Assembly: GCA_051872395.1 (NCBI GenBank)
Contig: JBJEDU010000029.1
Coordinates: forward strand, 9,358 to 73,357
Direction: 5' to 3'
From: Bacilli bacterium
Lineage (GTDB): Bacteria; Bacillota_I; Bacilli_A; RFN20; CAG-826
Length of the DNA stretch: 64,000 nucleotides
Part shown: piece after piece, positions 48,356 to 57,470 of the stretch
Layout: every line of letters starts with the position of its first letter
Numbering within the stretch: the stretch's first letter is position 1
Program-made: the position numbers and the translations under genes
The notes under the pieces: generated by a model
Told to the model about the DNA's origin: nothing
What the model saw: the letters and a program-made list of their open reading frames with translations, nothing else
The model's database searches: none

Positions 48356-48467
48356 TTTTTAGTCCTCCTAAACATCTATCTAATTTCATTAGTTCATGCA
48401 CTCTTTGCAGCGGAACTAAAGGCGACATGCGCTTATTTATATTACCAATAGGTAAAAACTAATTCAA
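48356..48467 (-). promoter_or_regulatory. rplS promoter (-35 TTGAAT, 17 nt, -10 TAATAT) and a ~77-nt structured leader; candidate L19 autoregulatory leader
   Basis: -35 is the reverse complement of 48462-48467 and -10 of 48439-48444. Leader: AAGCGCAUGUCGCCUUUAGUUCCGCUGCAAAGAGUGCAUGAACUAAUG..., followed by SD AGGAGGA. Confidence 0.45.
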
Positions 48468-48479
48468 TAACTTTTTTAT

Positions 48480-49949
48480 TTAAATGAGCATTAATATGGC
48501 ATCTAAAACAAATGAAACAATAAATAAGGCGGCAATAATATATATTGGGATTTTAATTTCTTTCCCTTTTCTAGCAAAAAGTGACATGACAATATAAACG
48601 ATTAAACCCATGCCAATACCTTTCGCGATCGAATAAGAAAGAAGTGTAAAAATAACAGTAATAAAAGCGGTAAAACCAATAATCGAGTCTTTCCATTTGA
48701 TGTCTTTTAAGTTGTTGACAAAAATTTGTGCACCAACAACAACAAGAGCAGCGCAAGTAACTGAACCAGCAGTAAAAACAGAAAAGATTGGATATATGAA
48801 AGCGGATAAAAGGAACATTAGACCGCTGACACAAGCCGCCAAACCAGTTTTAGCGCCCAAATTGACGCCGACACTACTTTCAGCAAAAGAAGTCATTGTT
48901 GAAGTTCCACAAGGACCACAAATCAAAGCTCCAGTCGCATCAGCGATAATAGCCTTTTGATAATTGTTACTCATTTTACCAGACTCATCAAAGATTCCTG
49001 TATCTTTTCCAATCGCTAATAAAGTCGCGGTCGTATCAAATAAATTAACAAATATTAATGAAAAGATTGCCACATAACTTGCAGGAGTGGAAAACACTTT
49101 AGCAAGTGAACTTCCAAAATCAAAACCACCATTAAGTGAACCGAAAAGTACGACATCTTTAACACCGGAAAAATCCATAAATTTTATTCCAGTATGAGTG
49201 GGGAAAAGAGGTAATGTCGTATCGATACCATTTAATGAAGAAGACATATTGTTATAAACAAAACTACCATCAACATTTACTAAATTTGAGTTGAGAAGTA
49301 ATATCTCGCTAGTAATTAAACCAACAATCGCTGCAAACAAAATAGAAATAGGGACCGCTAAAGAACGGACAATTTTATTTTTTGTAAACATCAAGCCAAA
49401 ACAAAGCAAAACACTCACTACTGAGATGATGACTGCAGGATTTGCAAATGTCGACATTTCCACTAAAGTGGAACCACCAACAATTACTCCACTATTTCTC
49501 AATCCAACAAAACAAATAAAAGCTCCTAATGAAGCAGAAATTATTAATTTTAAATCTTTAGGAATTGACTCAATAATTATTTTTCTTATTGGTGTCAAAC
49601 TGATAATGAAAAAGATAATACCAGAGACTGTGAGTAATATTAATGCTTCTTGCCAAGAAAATCCAAGAGCACCGCAAACGGTATACGCTAAAAAAGCATT
49701 TAATCCCATTCCAGCACTTAATACTACTGGATAATTAGCGACAATGCCCATTATCCAAGTTACTAAAAATGAAAGTAAAGCAGTAACGATGAACACTCCA
49801 GTACTATTCATTCCAGCATCAGATAAAATTGATGAATTAACTGGAAGAATATAGCACATAGCGATAAAGGTGACTAAACCACCAATTATTTCATTTTTAA
49901 TGCTTCCACCTTTTTCTTTAACGTGAAAGATTCTTTCGAAAAATTTCAT
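48480..49949 (-). CDS. NCS2-family nucleobase permease (AzgA/PbuG-like guanine/hypoxanthine permease)
   Basis: The protein is 489 aa with ~13 TM helices. The N-terminus FFERIFHVKEKGGSIKNEIIGGLVTFIAMCYILPVN is typical of the AzgA family. Confidence 0.7.
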   Translation of the reverse strand: MKFFERIFHVKEKGGSIKNEIIGGLVTFIAMCYILPVNSSILSDAGMNSTGVFIVTALLSFLVTWIMGIVANYPVVLSAGMGLNAFLAYTVCGALGFSWQEALILLTVSGIIFFIISLTPIRKIIIESIPKDLKLIISASLGAFICFVGLRNSGVIVGGSTLVEMSTFANPAVIISVVSVLLCFGLMFTKNKIVRSLAVPISILFAAIVGLITSEILLLNSNLVNVDGSFVYNNMSSSLNGIDTTLPLFPTHTGIKFMDFSGVKDVVLFGSLNGGFDFGSSLAKVFSTPASYVAIFSLIFVNLFDTTATLLAIGKDTGIFDESGKMSNNYQKAIIADATGALICGPCGTSTMTSFAESSVGVNLGAKTGLAACVSGLMFLLSAFIYPIFSVFTAGSVTCAALVVVGAQIFVNNLKDIKWKDSIIGFTAFITVIFTLLSYSIAKGIGMGLIVYIVMSLFARKGKEIKIPIYIIAALFIVSFVLDAILMLI

Positions 49950-50052
49950 TTACTATGACCTCATTTCTTTTATATTTTAACAAATATAATTTAATAAGTA
50001 AGATATAATTTGAATAAAATAAAATATATTTTAATGTGTAAAGTAAAATTGC

Positions 50053-50100
50053 TTGACACTTATATTAAATAAATATATATTTATAATGTTTCTTAGGAGG
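50053..50100 (+). promoter_or_regulatory. rpsP promoter (-35 TTGACA 50053-58, 17 nt, -10 TATATT 50076-81) and RBS AGGAGG (50095-50100)
   Basis: Consensus-like sigma-A elements at the correct spacing upstream of the S16 start at 50109. Confidence 0.6.
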
Positions 50101-50108
50101 AAAAGAAA

Positions 50109-50372
50109 ATGGCAGTAAAAATTAGATTAACTAGAATTGGCCGTCACGAAGATCCTTTCTATCGTATCGTTGCCGCGGATTCCCGTTATGCAAGAGATGG
50201 CCGTATCATTGAACAAATTGGCTATATCGATCCTAAAAAGGGAATTGAAAGCGCAGTCGTCAATGAAGAAGTTGCATTAAAATGGTTATCTCAAGGTGCT
50301 ATCCCAAGTGATACTGTTCGTGCAATTTTCAAAAGCAAAGGCTTAATGAAAAAACACACTGAAGGTAAATAA
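50109..50372 (+). CDS. rpsP: 30S ribosomal protein S16
   Basis: MAVKIRLTRIGRHEDPFYRIVAADSR... Confidence 0.9.
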   Translation: MAVKIRLTRIGRHEDPFYRIVAADSRYARDGRIIEQIGYIDPKKGIESAVVNEEVALKWLSQGAIPSDTVRAIFKSKGLMKKHTEGK

Positions 50373-50644
50373 TGATGGATTATACAAAAATAATTCATGC
50401 GATTATCAATCCACTTGTTGATGATGTTGACTCATTATTAATTAGAGAGATTCCTTTAGAAAATGAAAAAGATATCAAAATAGTCATTGCTGCGAATAAA
50501 ATTGATACCGCAAGATTAATTGGAAAAAAAGGAATTATTGCTAATTCTATTAGAGAAATTGTTTCTATCGCCGGAAAATGCGATAACAAACATATTCATC
50601 TCCAATTTGAATCGTTTGAAGAAGAAAACGCTGTTAATGACTAA
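50372..50644 (+). CDS. KH-domain RNA-binding protein (YlqC family)
   Basis: The protein is 90 aa and lies between rpsP and rimM, as in Bacillota. GKKG KH-like core (IGKKGIIANSIREI). Confidence 0.7.
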   Translation: MMDYTKIIHAIINPLVDDVDSLLIREIPLENEKDIKIVIAANKIDTARLIGKKGIIANSIREIVSIAGKCDNKHIHLQFESFEEENAVND

Positions 50645-50673
50645 ACAGCGTTTTTTCTTCCACTTATTAATTT

Positions 50674-51177
50674 ATGGAATATTTAAAACTCGGTTCTAAA
50701 ATTACTGCTTTTGGTTTAAAAGGTGGATTTAAAATTTATTCTTCCACTTTCTTTCAATCTATTCGTTACCAACAAGGAAACACTATCTATATCAAAAAGG
50801 ATGAACAATATATTCCTTTGACAGTAAAAGAATATTTTACGAAAGGAAATTTTGATTTTATTCAAGTTGAAGAATTTACCACTATCGAACAACTATCACC
50901 CTATTTATCATTAGATGTCTACTGTGAAAAAGATGATAATCTAACAAAGGAAGGCTATTATTATTTTTCTGATTTAAAAAAATGTTATGTGTATGATGAA
51001 AATAATAATTTGCTTGGTAAGGTCAAAGAAGTTGAAGAATTTCCTGCCCAAATAACACTGAGAATACAAAGAGAAAATAATAAAGATTTCTTTGTTCCAT
51101 TCATTAAACAATTTATTATTTCTATTGATATAAACAAACAACAAATAGTTATTAAAGTTATCGAAGGAATGTTATGA
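50674..51177 (+). CDS. rimM: Ribosome maturation factor RimM
   Basis: The protein is 167 aa. N-terminus LKLGSKITAFGLKGGFKIYSSTF with a PRC-barrel C-terminus; conserved position before trmD. Confidence 0.75.
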   Translation: MEYLKLGSKITAFGLKGGFKIYSSTFFQSIRYQQGNTIYIKKDEQYIPLTVKEYFTKGNFDFIQVEEFTTIEQLSPYLSLDVYCEKDDNLTKEGYYYFSDLKKCYVYDENNNLLGKVKEVEEFPAQITLRIQRENNKDFFVPFIKQFIISIDINKQQIVIKVIEGML

Positions 51178-51950
51178 AAATCACTGTCCTCACTTTATTT
51201 CCAGAAATGTTTGATTCAATATTATCAAACTCCATCATTAAAAGAGCGATAAGTAAAGGTGTCGTAGAATTTTCTTTTGTCAATATTCGCGATTTTTCCT
51301 TAGATAAAACACATCGAGTTGATACCCCTCCAATTGGGGGAGGTGCAGGTCTTATTATGAAGTGTCAACCAATTATTGATGCTTTAAAAACGGTAAAAAC
51401 AGAAAATAGTACGACAATATTATTTTCTCCACGAGGCAAAACATATAATCAACAAGACGCTGAAAGATATAAAAATGAAAATAAGGACCTGATATTAATA
51501 TGTGGTCACTATGAAGGAATCGATGAAAGAGTGAATAAATATGTCGACGAATTAGTGTCCATAGGTGACTATGTCTTAACTGGTGGGGAAGTCGCTGCGA
51601 TTACATTAATTGATTCAATAACTAGATTATTAGATGGAGCGATTTCAAAAGAAAGCACCATCGAAGAATCTTTCACTAATGGACTATTAGAATATCCTCA
51701 ATACACTGAACCATATGATTATAATGGAGATAAAGTTCCTCAAATTTTATATTGTGGTAATCATGAAGCGATAGAAAAATATCGAAGAAAAGAAAGTCTA
51801 AAAATAACAAAAAAATATCGAAATGATTTGTTTATTAAATATACTCCTTCGAAATTAGATAAAAAGTTATTAAAAGAAATCGAAGAAAATAACGAAGAAC
51901 CCGATTGGTATAAAAAAGCCTTAGAAAAAGGAAAGAAATTTTTAAAATAA
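51174..51950 (+). CDS. trmD: tRNA (guanine37-N1)-methyltransferase
   Basis: MKITVLTLFPEMF...SPRG...LICGHYEGIDERV...VSIGDYVLTGGE (SPOUT knot motifs). Confidence 0.9.
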   Translation: MKITVLTLFPEMFDSILSNSIIKRAISKGVVEFSFVNIRDFSLDKTHRVDTPPIGGGAGLIMKCQPIIDALKTVKTENSTTILFSPRGKTYNQQDAERYKNENKDLILICGHYEGIDERVNKYVDELVSIGDYVLTGGEVAAITLIDSITRLLDGAISKESTIEESFTNGLLEYPQYTEPYDYNGDKVPQILYCGNHEAIEKYRRKESLKITKKYRNDLFIKYTPSKLDKKLLKEIEENNEEPDWYKKALEKGKKFLK

Positions 51951-51951
51951 A

Positions 51952-51984
51952 AAGCATATCCCAAGCAAAGATATGCTTTTTTAA
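51952..51984. terminator. Bidirectional terminator between the convergent trmD and ffh genes
   Basis: AAAGCATATC-ccaagcaaa-GATATGCTTT, followed by TTTTAATT. Confidence 0.6.
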
Positions 51985-53325
51985 TTAAAACATGCCAGAC
52001 ATTCCTGGAGGTATTTTTCCACTTTTTCGATATGACTCTAACATTTTGAATTGTTCTTTCATCATATCGTATTTTTTAAGTAAACGATTAATATCAGAAA
52101 CTGGTCGACCAGACCCACGAGATATTCTTTGCTTTTGTGAGAATTTTAATATTTCTGGATTGCTTCTTTCTTTGGGAGTCATTGAATTAATAATAACTTC
52201 CATTATTTTCATTTCTTTTTCACCTTGTTCTAGTTGTTCTTTACTTACCTTATTCATTCCTGGAATAAGTTTAATTAAGCCACCTAAAGAACCCATCTTT
52301 TGAACTTTCTTCATTTGAAGGAGCATATCATCTAAAGTGAATTTACCACTTAAAAGTTTAGAAGCGGTTTTCTTCATTTCTTTTTCATCATATTCTTCTT
52401 GGGCTTTTTCCACTAAAGAGAGAATATCACCCATTCCTAAAATACGTTCCGCCATACGTTCAGGATAGAAAACATTAATATCGCTAATCTTTTCACCTTC
52501 ACCAGCAAATTTAATAGGAACACCACTCATATGTTTGATAGATAAAGCTGCGCCACCACGAGAATCACCATCAAGTTTTGACATGATGATTCCAGTTAAT
52601 TTTAATGATTCATTAAACGCCATAGCGACGTTGACAGCATCTTGTCCACTCATCGCATCAACTAATAATAATATTTCATCTGGCTTCACTTCAGTTTGTA
52701 TATCATTTAATTCTTTCATTAACGCTTCATCGATTTGTAATCGACCAGCAGTATCGATAATTAAAACATCATAATGTTCGTTATATGCTTTTTCTTTGGC
52801 TTTCTTAGCAATTTCAACCGGACTAACATCAACTCCTAAAGAAAAGACATCAACCCCAATTTGTTTTCCTAATTGTTTCAATTGATCAATCGCAGCAGGT
52901 CGATAAACATCTGAAGCCGCTAATAAAACTTTTTTATTTTTCTTTGTCTTAAAAAGATTTGCAAGTTTGGCGGCTGATGTCGTTTTACCAGTACCTTGTA
53001 AACCAACAAGCATAATAATTGTTGGATGAGAAGAAGAAAATTTAATCTCAGTATCTTCACTTCCAAGAAGTTCCACTAATTTGTCTTTAACAATTTTCAC
53101 AACCATTTGTGATGGATTTAATGTTGATAAAACATTTTGTCCAATGGCTTCTTCTTTAATTGAAGCAATAAACTCTTTGACTACTTTATAGTTCACATCT
53201 GCGTCTAAAAGAGCAATACGAATCTCTTTTAGCATTTCATCCATATTGGATTCACTAAGTCGAGATTGCCCTCTTAGTTTTTTAAATATATTTGATAATT
53301 TATCTGTCAGTGTATTGAACGCCAT
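51985..53325 (-). CDS. ffh: Signal recognition particle protein
   Basis: NG domain (GLQGTGKTTSAAKLA, DTAGR) and a Met-rich M domain at the C-terminus. Confidence 0.9.
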   Translation of the reverse strand: MAFNTLTDKLSNIFKKLRGQSRLSESNMDEMLKEIRIALLDADVNYKVVKEFIASIKEEAIGQNVLSTLNPSQMVVKIVKDKLVELLGSEDTEIKFSSSHPTIIMLVGLQGTGKTTSAAKLANLFKTKKNKKVLLAASDVYRPAAIDQLKQLGKQIGVDVFSLGVDVSPVEIAKKAKEKAYNEHYDVLIIDTAGRLQIDEALMKELNDIQTEVKPDEILLLVDAMSGQDAVNVAMAFNESLKLTGIIMSKLDGDSRGGAALSIKHMSGVPIKFAGEGEKISDINVFYPERMAERILGMGDILSLVEKAQEEYDEKEMKKTASKLLSGKFTLDDMLLQMKKVQKMGSLGGLIKLIPGMNKVSKEQLEQGEKEMKIMEVIINSMTPKERSNPEILKFSQKQRISRGSGRPVSDINRLLKKYDMMKEQFKMLESYRKSGKIPPGMSGMF

Positions 53326-53339
53326 TTCATTTCTCTTTT

Positions 53340-53654
53340 CTATTTTGTATGTTTTTTAATTATTTGTTTAACTTCTTCTAAAGTATTCGCATCATTGATC
53401 TTTTTAATTAATAATTGATGTTCATCGTTATTTTTATGAACGTGAAGATTATCTTCTAGTTGTAATAATTTTGTTTTGGCTTTCTTTAAAGCATCTTCCA
53501 CTCCTGAACGAGTAATGTTCAGATTAGTGGCAATTTCTTGTAAAGAAAGGTCTAATAAATAATAATCATGGAACATATTTTTTTGAGTTGAAGAAAGAAG
53601 TGAACTATAAATATCATACAACTCAATAAGATAGATTTTTTCTTCAATTTTCAT
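53340..53654 (-). CDS. ylxM: YlxM/p13-like putative helix-turn-helix protein (UPF0122)
   Basis: About 105 aa, sigma-70 region-4-like. The position between ftsY and ffh is conserved. Confidence 0.7.
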   Translation of the reverse strand: MKIEEKIYLIELYDIYSSLLSSTQKNMFHDYYLLDLSLQEIATNLNITRSGVEDALKKAKTKLLQLEDNLHVHKNNDEHQLLIKKINDANTLEEVKQIIKKHTK

Positions 53655-54624
53655 TGTCTTCACCAACACATAGACCATAGAGATATTGATCTAAATCGAA
53701 TTCTTGTAAATCTTCCATTTTTTCTCCAAGTCCAATAAAACGAACTGGGATATTTAATTCATCTCTAATAGCTAAAATAATTCCACCTTTACTTGTTCCA
53801 TCCATTTTTGTAATGACCACACCAGTAATATCGGTAACGGAATTAAATTCTTTTGCTTGAATAACTCCATTTTGACCAGTCGTTGCATCAATAATCAAAA
53901 ATGTTTCATGAGGGGCATTTTCGATTTCTTTTGATAACACACGTTTAATTTTCGCTAATTCGTTCATCAAATTAGTTTTATTTTGTAATCGCCCAGCAGT
54001 ATCAACAATTAATAAATCAACATTTTGTTTTTTGGCTTCTCTAGCAGCTTCAAAAGCAACGGAAGCTGGATCAGCGTTTAATGCCCCTTTCACTAATGGA
54101 ACATTTAATCTTTCGCTCCAAATTTGAATTTGTTCAACCGCGCCAGCGCGAAATGTATCCGCGGCAGCGAGCATCACTTTTTTATTTTGTTTTAAATAAT
54201 GATAAGCAAGTTTAGCGATTGTAGTCGTTTTACCAACACCATTAACTCCGACCACTAATAACACAGTTGGACCATTTGATACAAAATTAATTTCATTAGT
54301 GATATCGCCTTTTGAAGCATAGCCTAAAAACATTGTATCCACTAAAAGTTCATTGATTTGTTTTGGGTCGGTAATATGTTCTTTTTTACTTTTTTCTAAG
54401 ACTTCTTCAATAATTTTTAAAGAAAGAGAAACACCAACATCTGATTCAATTAATATTTCTTCTAGTTCAGAAAAATATTCTTCATTGACACTTTTATATC
54501 GATTAGATAAATAATCTAAACGCGAAGAAAAATTCTTTCTTGACTTACTAAGTCCAGAAACGTATTTATCATTTTGTTTTTCTTTCTTGGAAAATTTATT
54601 TTTTAAAAATGAAATAAGACCCAT
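53644..54624 (-). CDS. ftsY: Signal recognition particle receptor
   Basis: NG domain GVNGVGKTTTIAKLA, DTAGR, GQNG. Confidence 0.9.
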   Translation of the reverse strand: MGLISFLKNKFSKKEKQNDKYVSGLSKSRKNFSSRLDYLSNRYKSVNEEYFSELEEILIESDVGVSLSLKIIEEVLEKSKKEHITDPKQINELLVDTMFLGYASKGDITNEINFVSNGPTVLLVVGVNGVGKTTTIAKLAYHYLKQNKKVMLAAADTFRAGAVEQIQIWSERLNVPLVKGALNADPASVAFEAAREAKKQNVDLLIVDTAGRLQNKTNLMNELAKIKRVLSKEIENAPHETFLIIDATTGQNGVIQAKEFNSVTDITGVVITKMDGTSKGGIILAIRDELNIPVRFIGLGEKMEDLQEFDLDQYLYGLCVGEDNEN

Positions 54625-55307
54625 TAAACACTCCTTTTAGCTAAAGCGTTTTTCGCAGCATTTTCTTCCGCGGCTTTTTTACTTTTACCTTCTCCTTTAG
54701 CTAAAACTAAATCATTAAATAATACTTCACAGACGAAATGTCTTTCATGAGCCGGACCAGTCATTGACACTAAACGATAATGAACTCCATTTCGATATTC
54801 GGCTTGCATTTCTTCTTGTAATTTAGTTTTGTAGTCAGTTAAAACATCTAAATCGAGGGTAACGATTTGTTCTTTGACAATGCTTGAAATGTATTTATAC
54901 GCTGCATTAATACCTAAATCTAAATAAATCGCACCCACTAAAGATTCAAAAGTATCTTCTAAAATCTTATCACTCGAACGGATTTGATTATGATCGATAG
55001 AGTGACCCGCTAAAATGTATTTATGAAGTTCTAATTTTCTCGCATAATCGGCAAGAGATTTTGATTTGACAATATAACTTCTTAATTTCGACATTTCGCC
55101 TGGTTCCATATTTTCATAATGATGATAAATTAAATCAGCAACGACGAAACCAAGAACCGCATCGCCAATATATTCTAATCTTTCATAATCATGATGCTTT
55201 GTTTTAGCGTCTGCATTATATGAAGAATGCGTCAAAGCCAAATTATATAAAGCGAGATTTTGAGGTTCAATAGATAATGATTTTAATAATTCTTTAATAT
55301 CACTCAT
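54624..55307 (-). CDS. rnc: Ribonuclease III
   Basis: RNase III signature ERLEYIGDAVLG and a C-terminal dsRBD. The start is probably at MSDIKELL. Confidence 0.85.
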   Translation of the reverse strand: MSDIKELLKSLSIEPQNLALYNLALTHSSYNADAKTKHHDYERLEYIGDAVLGFVVADLIYHHYENMEPGEMSKLRSYIVKSKSLADYARKLELHKYILAGHSIDHNQIRSSDKILEDTFESLVGAIYLDLGINAAYKYISSIVKEQIVTLDLDVLTDYKTKLQEEMQAEYRNGVHYRLVSMTGPAHERHFVCEVLFNDLVLAKGEGKSKKAAEENAAKNALAKRSV

Positions 55308-56283
55308 CAGAAGACATTCCTTTTTTAATCGCTTCAACGATATTGCTATTCGCTAATTTTTTAGCGACCTCTAAGGCGCAAGAGAAAGCATATGCATCAC
55401 TATTACCATGGCCTTTAACAACTACACCATTAACGCCAAGAAGCATCGCACCTCCTGCTGATTTATAATTCATTGTTTCGTTAATTTCATCAATTCCCTT
55501 TTTCACATGAAGATAACCTAATTTTGTCCATAAGTTTTTCTTGAATGCTTTTTTAATCATTCCGCCTAAAAATTTGGCGGTTCCTTCTGTTCCTTTTAAG
55601 AAAATATTTCCAGTATAACCATCACTAACAACCACATCAGCATTTCCATCTAAAACGTAACGAGCTTCAATATTTCCTTTAAAATTTGGGAAGTTCATTT
55701 CTTTTAATAATTTATGAGCGCCTTTTACTTCTGGAGCGCCTTTTTCTTCTTCAGCACCATTAGATAATAAATACACTGAAGGTTCTTCAATTCCAAAGAC
55801 TGCTTGTGAATAAAGTCTACCCATCTTCGCAAATTGTACTAATTCTTCGCTGCTATTTTCATTGTTTGCACCAATGTCTAATAATGTTACTTTCTTTCCT
55901 TTGATTTTTGTTGGGAAAGGATTGACTAAAGCAGCGCGCTTAACTCCTGGAATCAATTTTAAAATTAATGTTGAAGCGCTGAGGAATCCACCAGTAGAAC
56001 CACAGCTAACAACCGCATCATAATGTTCATCTTTCATAAGTTTTAAAGCTTTATTCATTGATGAATCTTTCATTCTCATTACTTGAAGCGCGCCAGCGTC
56101 CATTGGAATTACTTCTCTCGCATCAATAATTTCAGCAATACCCTCTAATGATGCCAACTCTTCTTTCTTTCCAACTGCAGCTATAACAATATCAGGATTA
56201 TTTTTCTTAAATGTTTTAATGGCTTCAACAACAATTGGGCTTCCATTGTCTCCACCCATACAATCAACAGCGATTTTAATCAT
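55300..56283 (-). CDS. plsX: Phosphate:acyl-ACP acyltransferase
   Basis: MIKIAVDCMGGDNGSP... is a typical PlsX N-terminus; 327 aa. Confidence 0.85.
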   Translation of the reverse strand: MIKIAVDCMGGDNGSPIVVEAIKTFKKNNPDIVIAAVGKKEELASLEGIAEIIDAREVIPMDAGALQVMRMKDSSMNKALKLMKDEHYDAVVSCGSTGGFLSASTLILKLIPGVKRAALVNPFPTKIKGKKVTLLDIGANNENSSEELVQFAKMGRLYSQAVFGIEEPSVYLLSNGAEEEKGAPEVKGAHKLLKEMNFPNFKGNIEARYVLDGNADVVVSDGYTGNIFLKGTEGTAKFLGGMIKKAFKKNLWTKLGYLHVKKGIDEINETMNYKSAGGAMLLGVNGVVVKGHGNSDAYAFSCALEVAKKLANSNIVEAIKKGMSSDE

Positions 56284-56390
56284 ATTATAATGACCTCCGT
56301 ATCAATTGATATTTTATCATAATAAAATAAAGTGAAAATACATAAAATAGTAATGTATTTAAATAAAAAGATGAATAATAGATTTAAAAA

Positions 56391-56438
56391 GCAAATAAAA
56401 AACAAGAAATCTAATTTGTTTAAGCAAGATTTCTTGTT
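56391..56438 (-). terminator. Rho-independent terminator after the 329-aa membrane-protein gene
   Basis: AACAAGAAATCT-14 nt-AGATTTCTTGTT (12-bp stem), followed on the minus strand by TTTTTTATTTGC. Confidence 0.55.
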
Positions 56439-56468
56439 AATTATTTTAAAAATATAATCTTATTATTT

Positions 56469-57458
56469 TTATAATTGTTTAGCGGTTTTATACATATTAT
56501 ATGTAAGAAACACTCCATAAGTAATAGTAAAAAACGGCCATAGTAATTGATTTGTAGATACTAATCCTACTCCATAATTAATGAAAAATAATGAAGATGT
56601 AAACATATAAGAATTAGTCGCGCAAGAAACATAATTCAAAGTTCCTTTAAGTAAAATAAGAACAATGAATGGAATTAAAGCCAATAAGAAATCCTTCATT
56701 TTGAATAATTCTTTATTTTTTAATAAAACAATTAATTTAAAAACATATAATAATAAAATTATCAAATCAGGTATGATTGTAAAAAATATTAATAATAAAG
56801 GATTACTAACTCTTTCATTCCTCGGATTTAAAAGATAATAAATGACAAATGATGTATCTGAATTCATTAAGATAATCGATAAATAATCAACAATATAAAA
56901 CAAGAACAATTTTAATGATGTTTTTTTATTATTTTTCTTTTCTAAAACATATTCTTCCGTTTTTTCTATAATTATCGAATTTTTCTTTAAATAAATCATT
57001 TCTAAAACAAATAAGACAATCACTGCAATAAGTAAAACCGCGGTTATGATACTCATAACAACAACGCCATATTCAGGTGAAAAAATTAAATGTGGTTCAA
57101 ATATAGTGTGTAATTCATTATTCATATCTAATATTAAAGAGAATAACACAAGAGTATTCCCAAGGCTTATTCCAATAAATGAATATACATTAGTGAGCAT
57201 TAACGCTAAAAAATTGTATTTAATTAATTTCTTCTTTGCGACTTCATTGACACATTTTGATTTTTTAAAAGAATATAAACCAAACAATATAAAAATTGTT
57301 ACGATGATATTAATTACCCATACAAGAGGAAGAAGAAAAATACAACATACAAAAACAATATTCGCTGCTGAAGCAAAAATTATCATGTTAAACAAAGTAT
57401 AAATAAACGTCAAAATTAAAAATGACTTTTCAGATTTAAAAAATGTTGGATTCGACAT
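56469..57458 (-). CDS. Polytopic membrane protein (~9 TM), hypothetical
   Basis: Very hydrophobic 329-aa ORF with no recognisable motif. Tightly linked (12-nt gap) to the upstream secreted-protein gene. Confidence 0.45.
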   Translation of the reverse strand: MSNPTFFKSEKSFLILTFIYTLFNMIIFASAANIVFVCCIFLLPLVWVINIIVTIFILFGLYSFKKSKCVNEVAKKKLIKYNFLALMLTNVYSFIGISLGNTLVLFSLILDMNNELHTIFEPHLIFSPEYGVVVMSIITAVLLIAVIVLFVLEMIYLKKNSIIIEKTEEYVLEKKNNKKTSLKLFLFYIVDYLSIILMNSDTSFVIYYLLNPRNERVSNPLLLIFFTIIPDLIILLLYVFKLIVLLKNKELFKMKDFLLALIPFIVLILLKGTLNYVSCATNSYMFTSSLFFINYGVGLVSTNQLLWPFFTITYGVFLTYNMYKTAKQL

Positions 57459-57470
57459 ATTCTGGGCCTC

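Noticed and set aside
49950-50052. Purine riboswitch expected upstream of the NCS2 (PbuG-like) permease
   Set aside because: The ~100-nt leader is extremely AT-rich and lacks the conserved purine-riboswitch core (paired P2/P3 with UAUA...UCGUAUAAUCGCGGG-type elements). I see no supportable structure.
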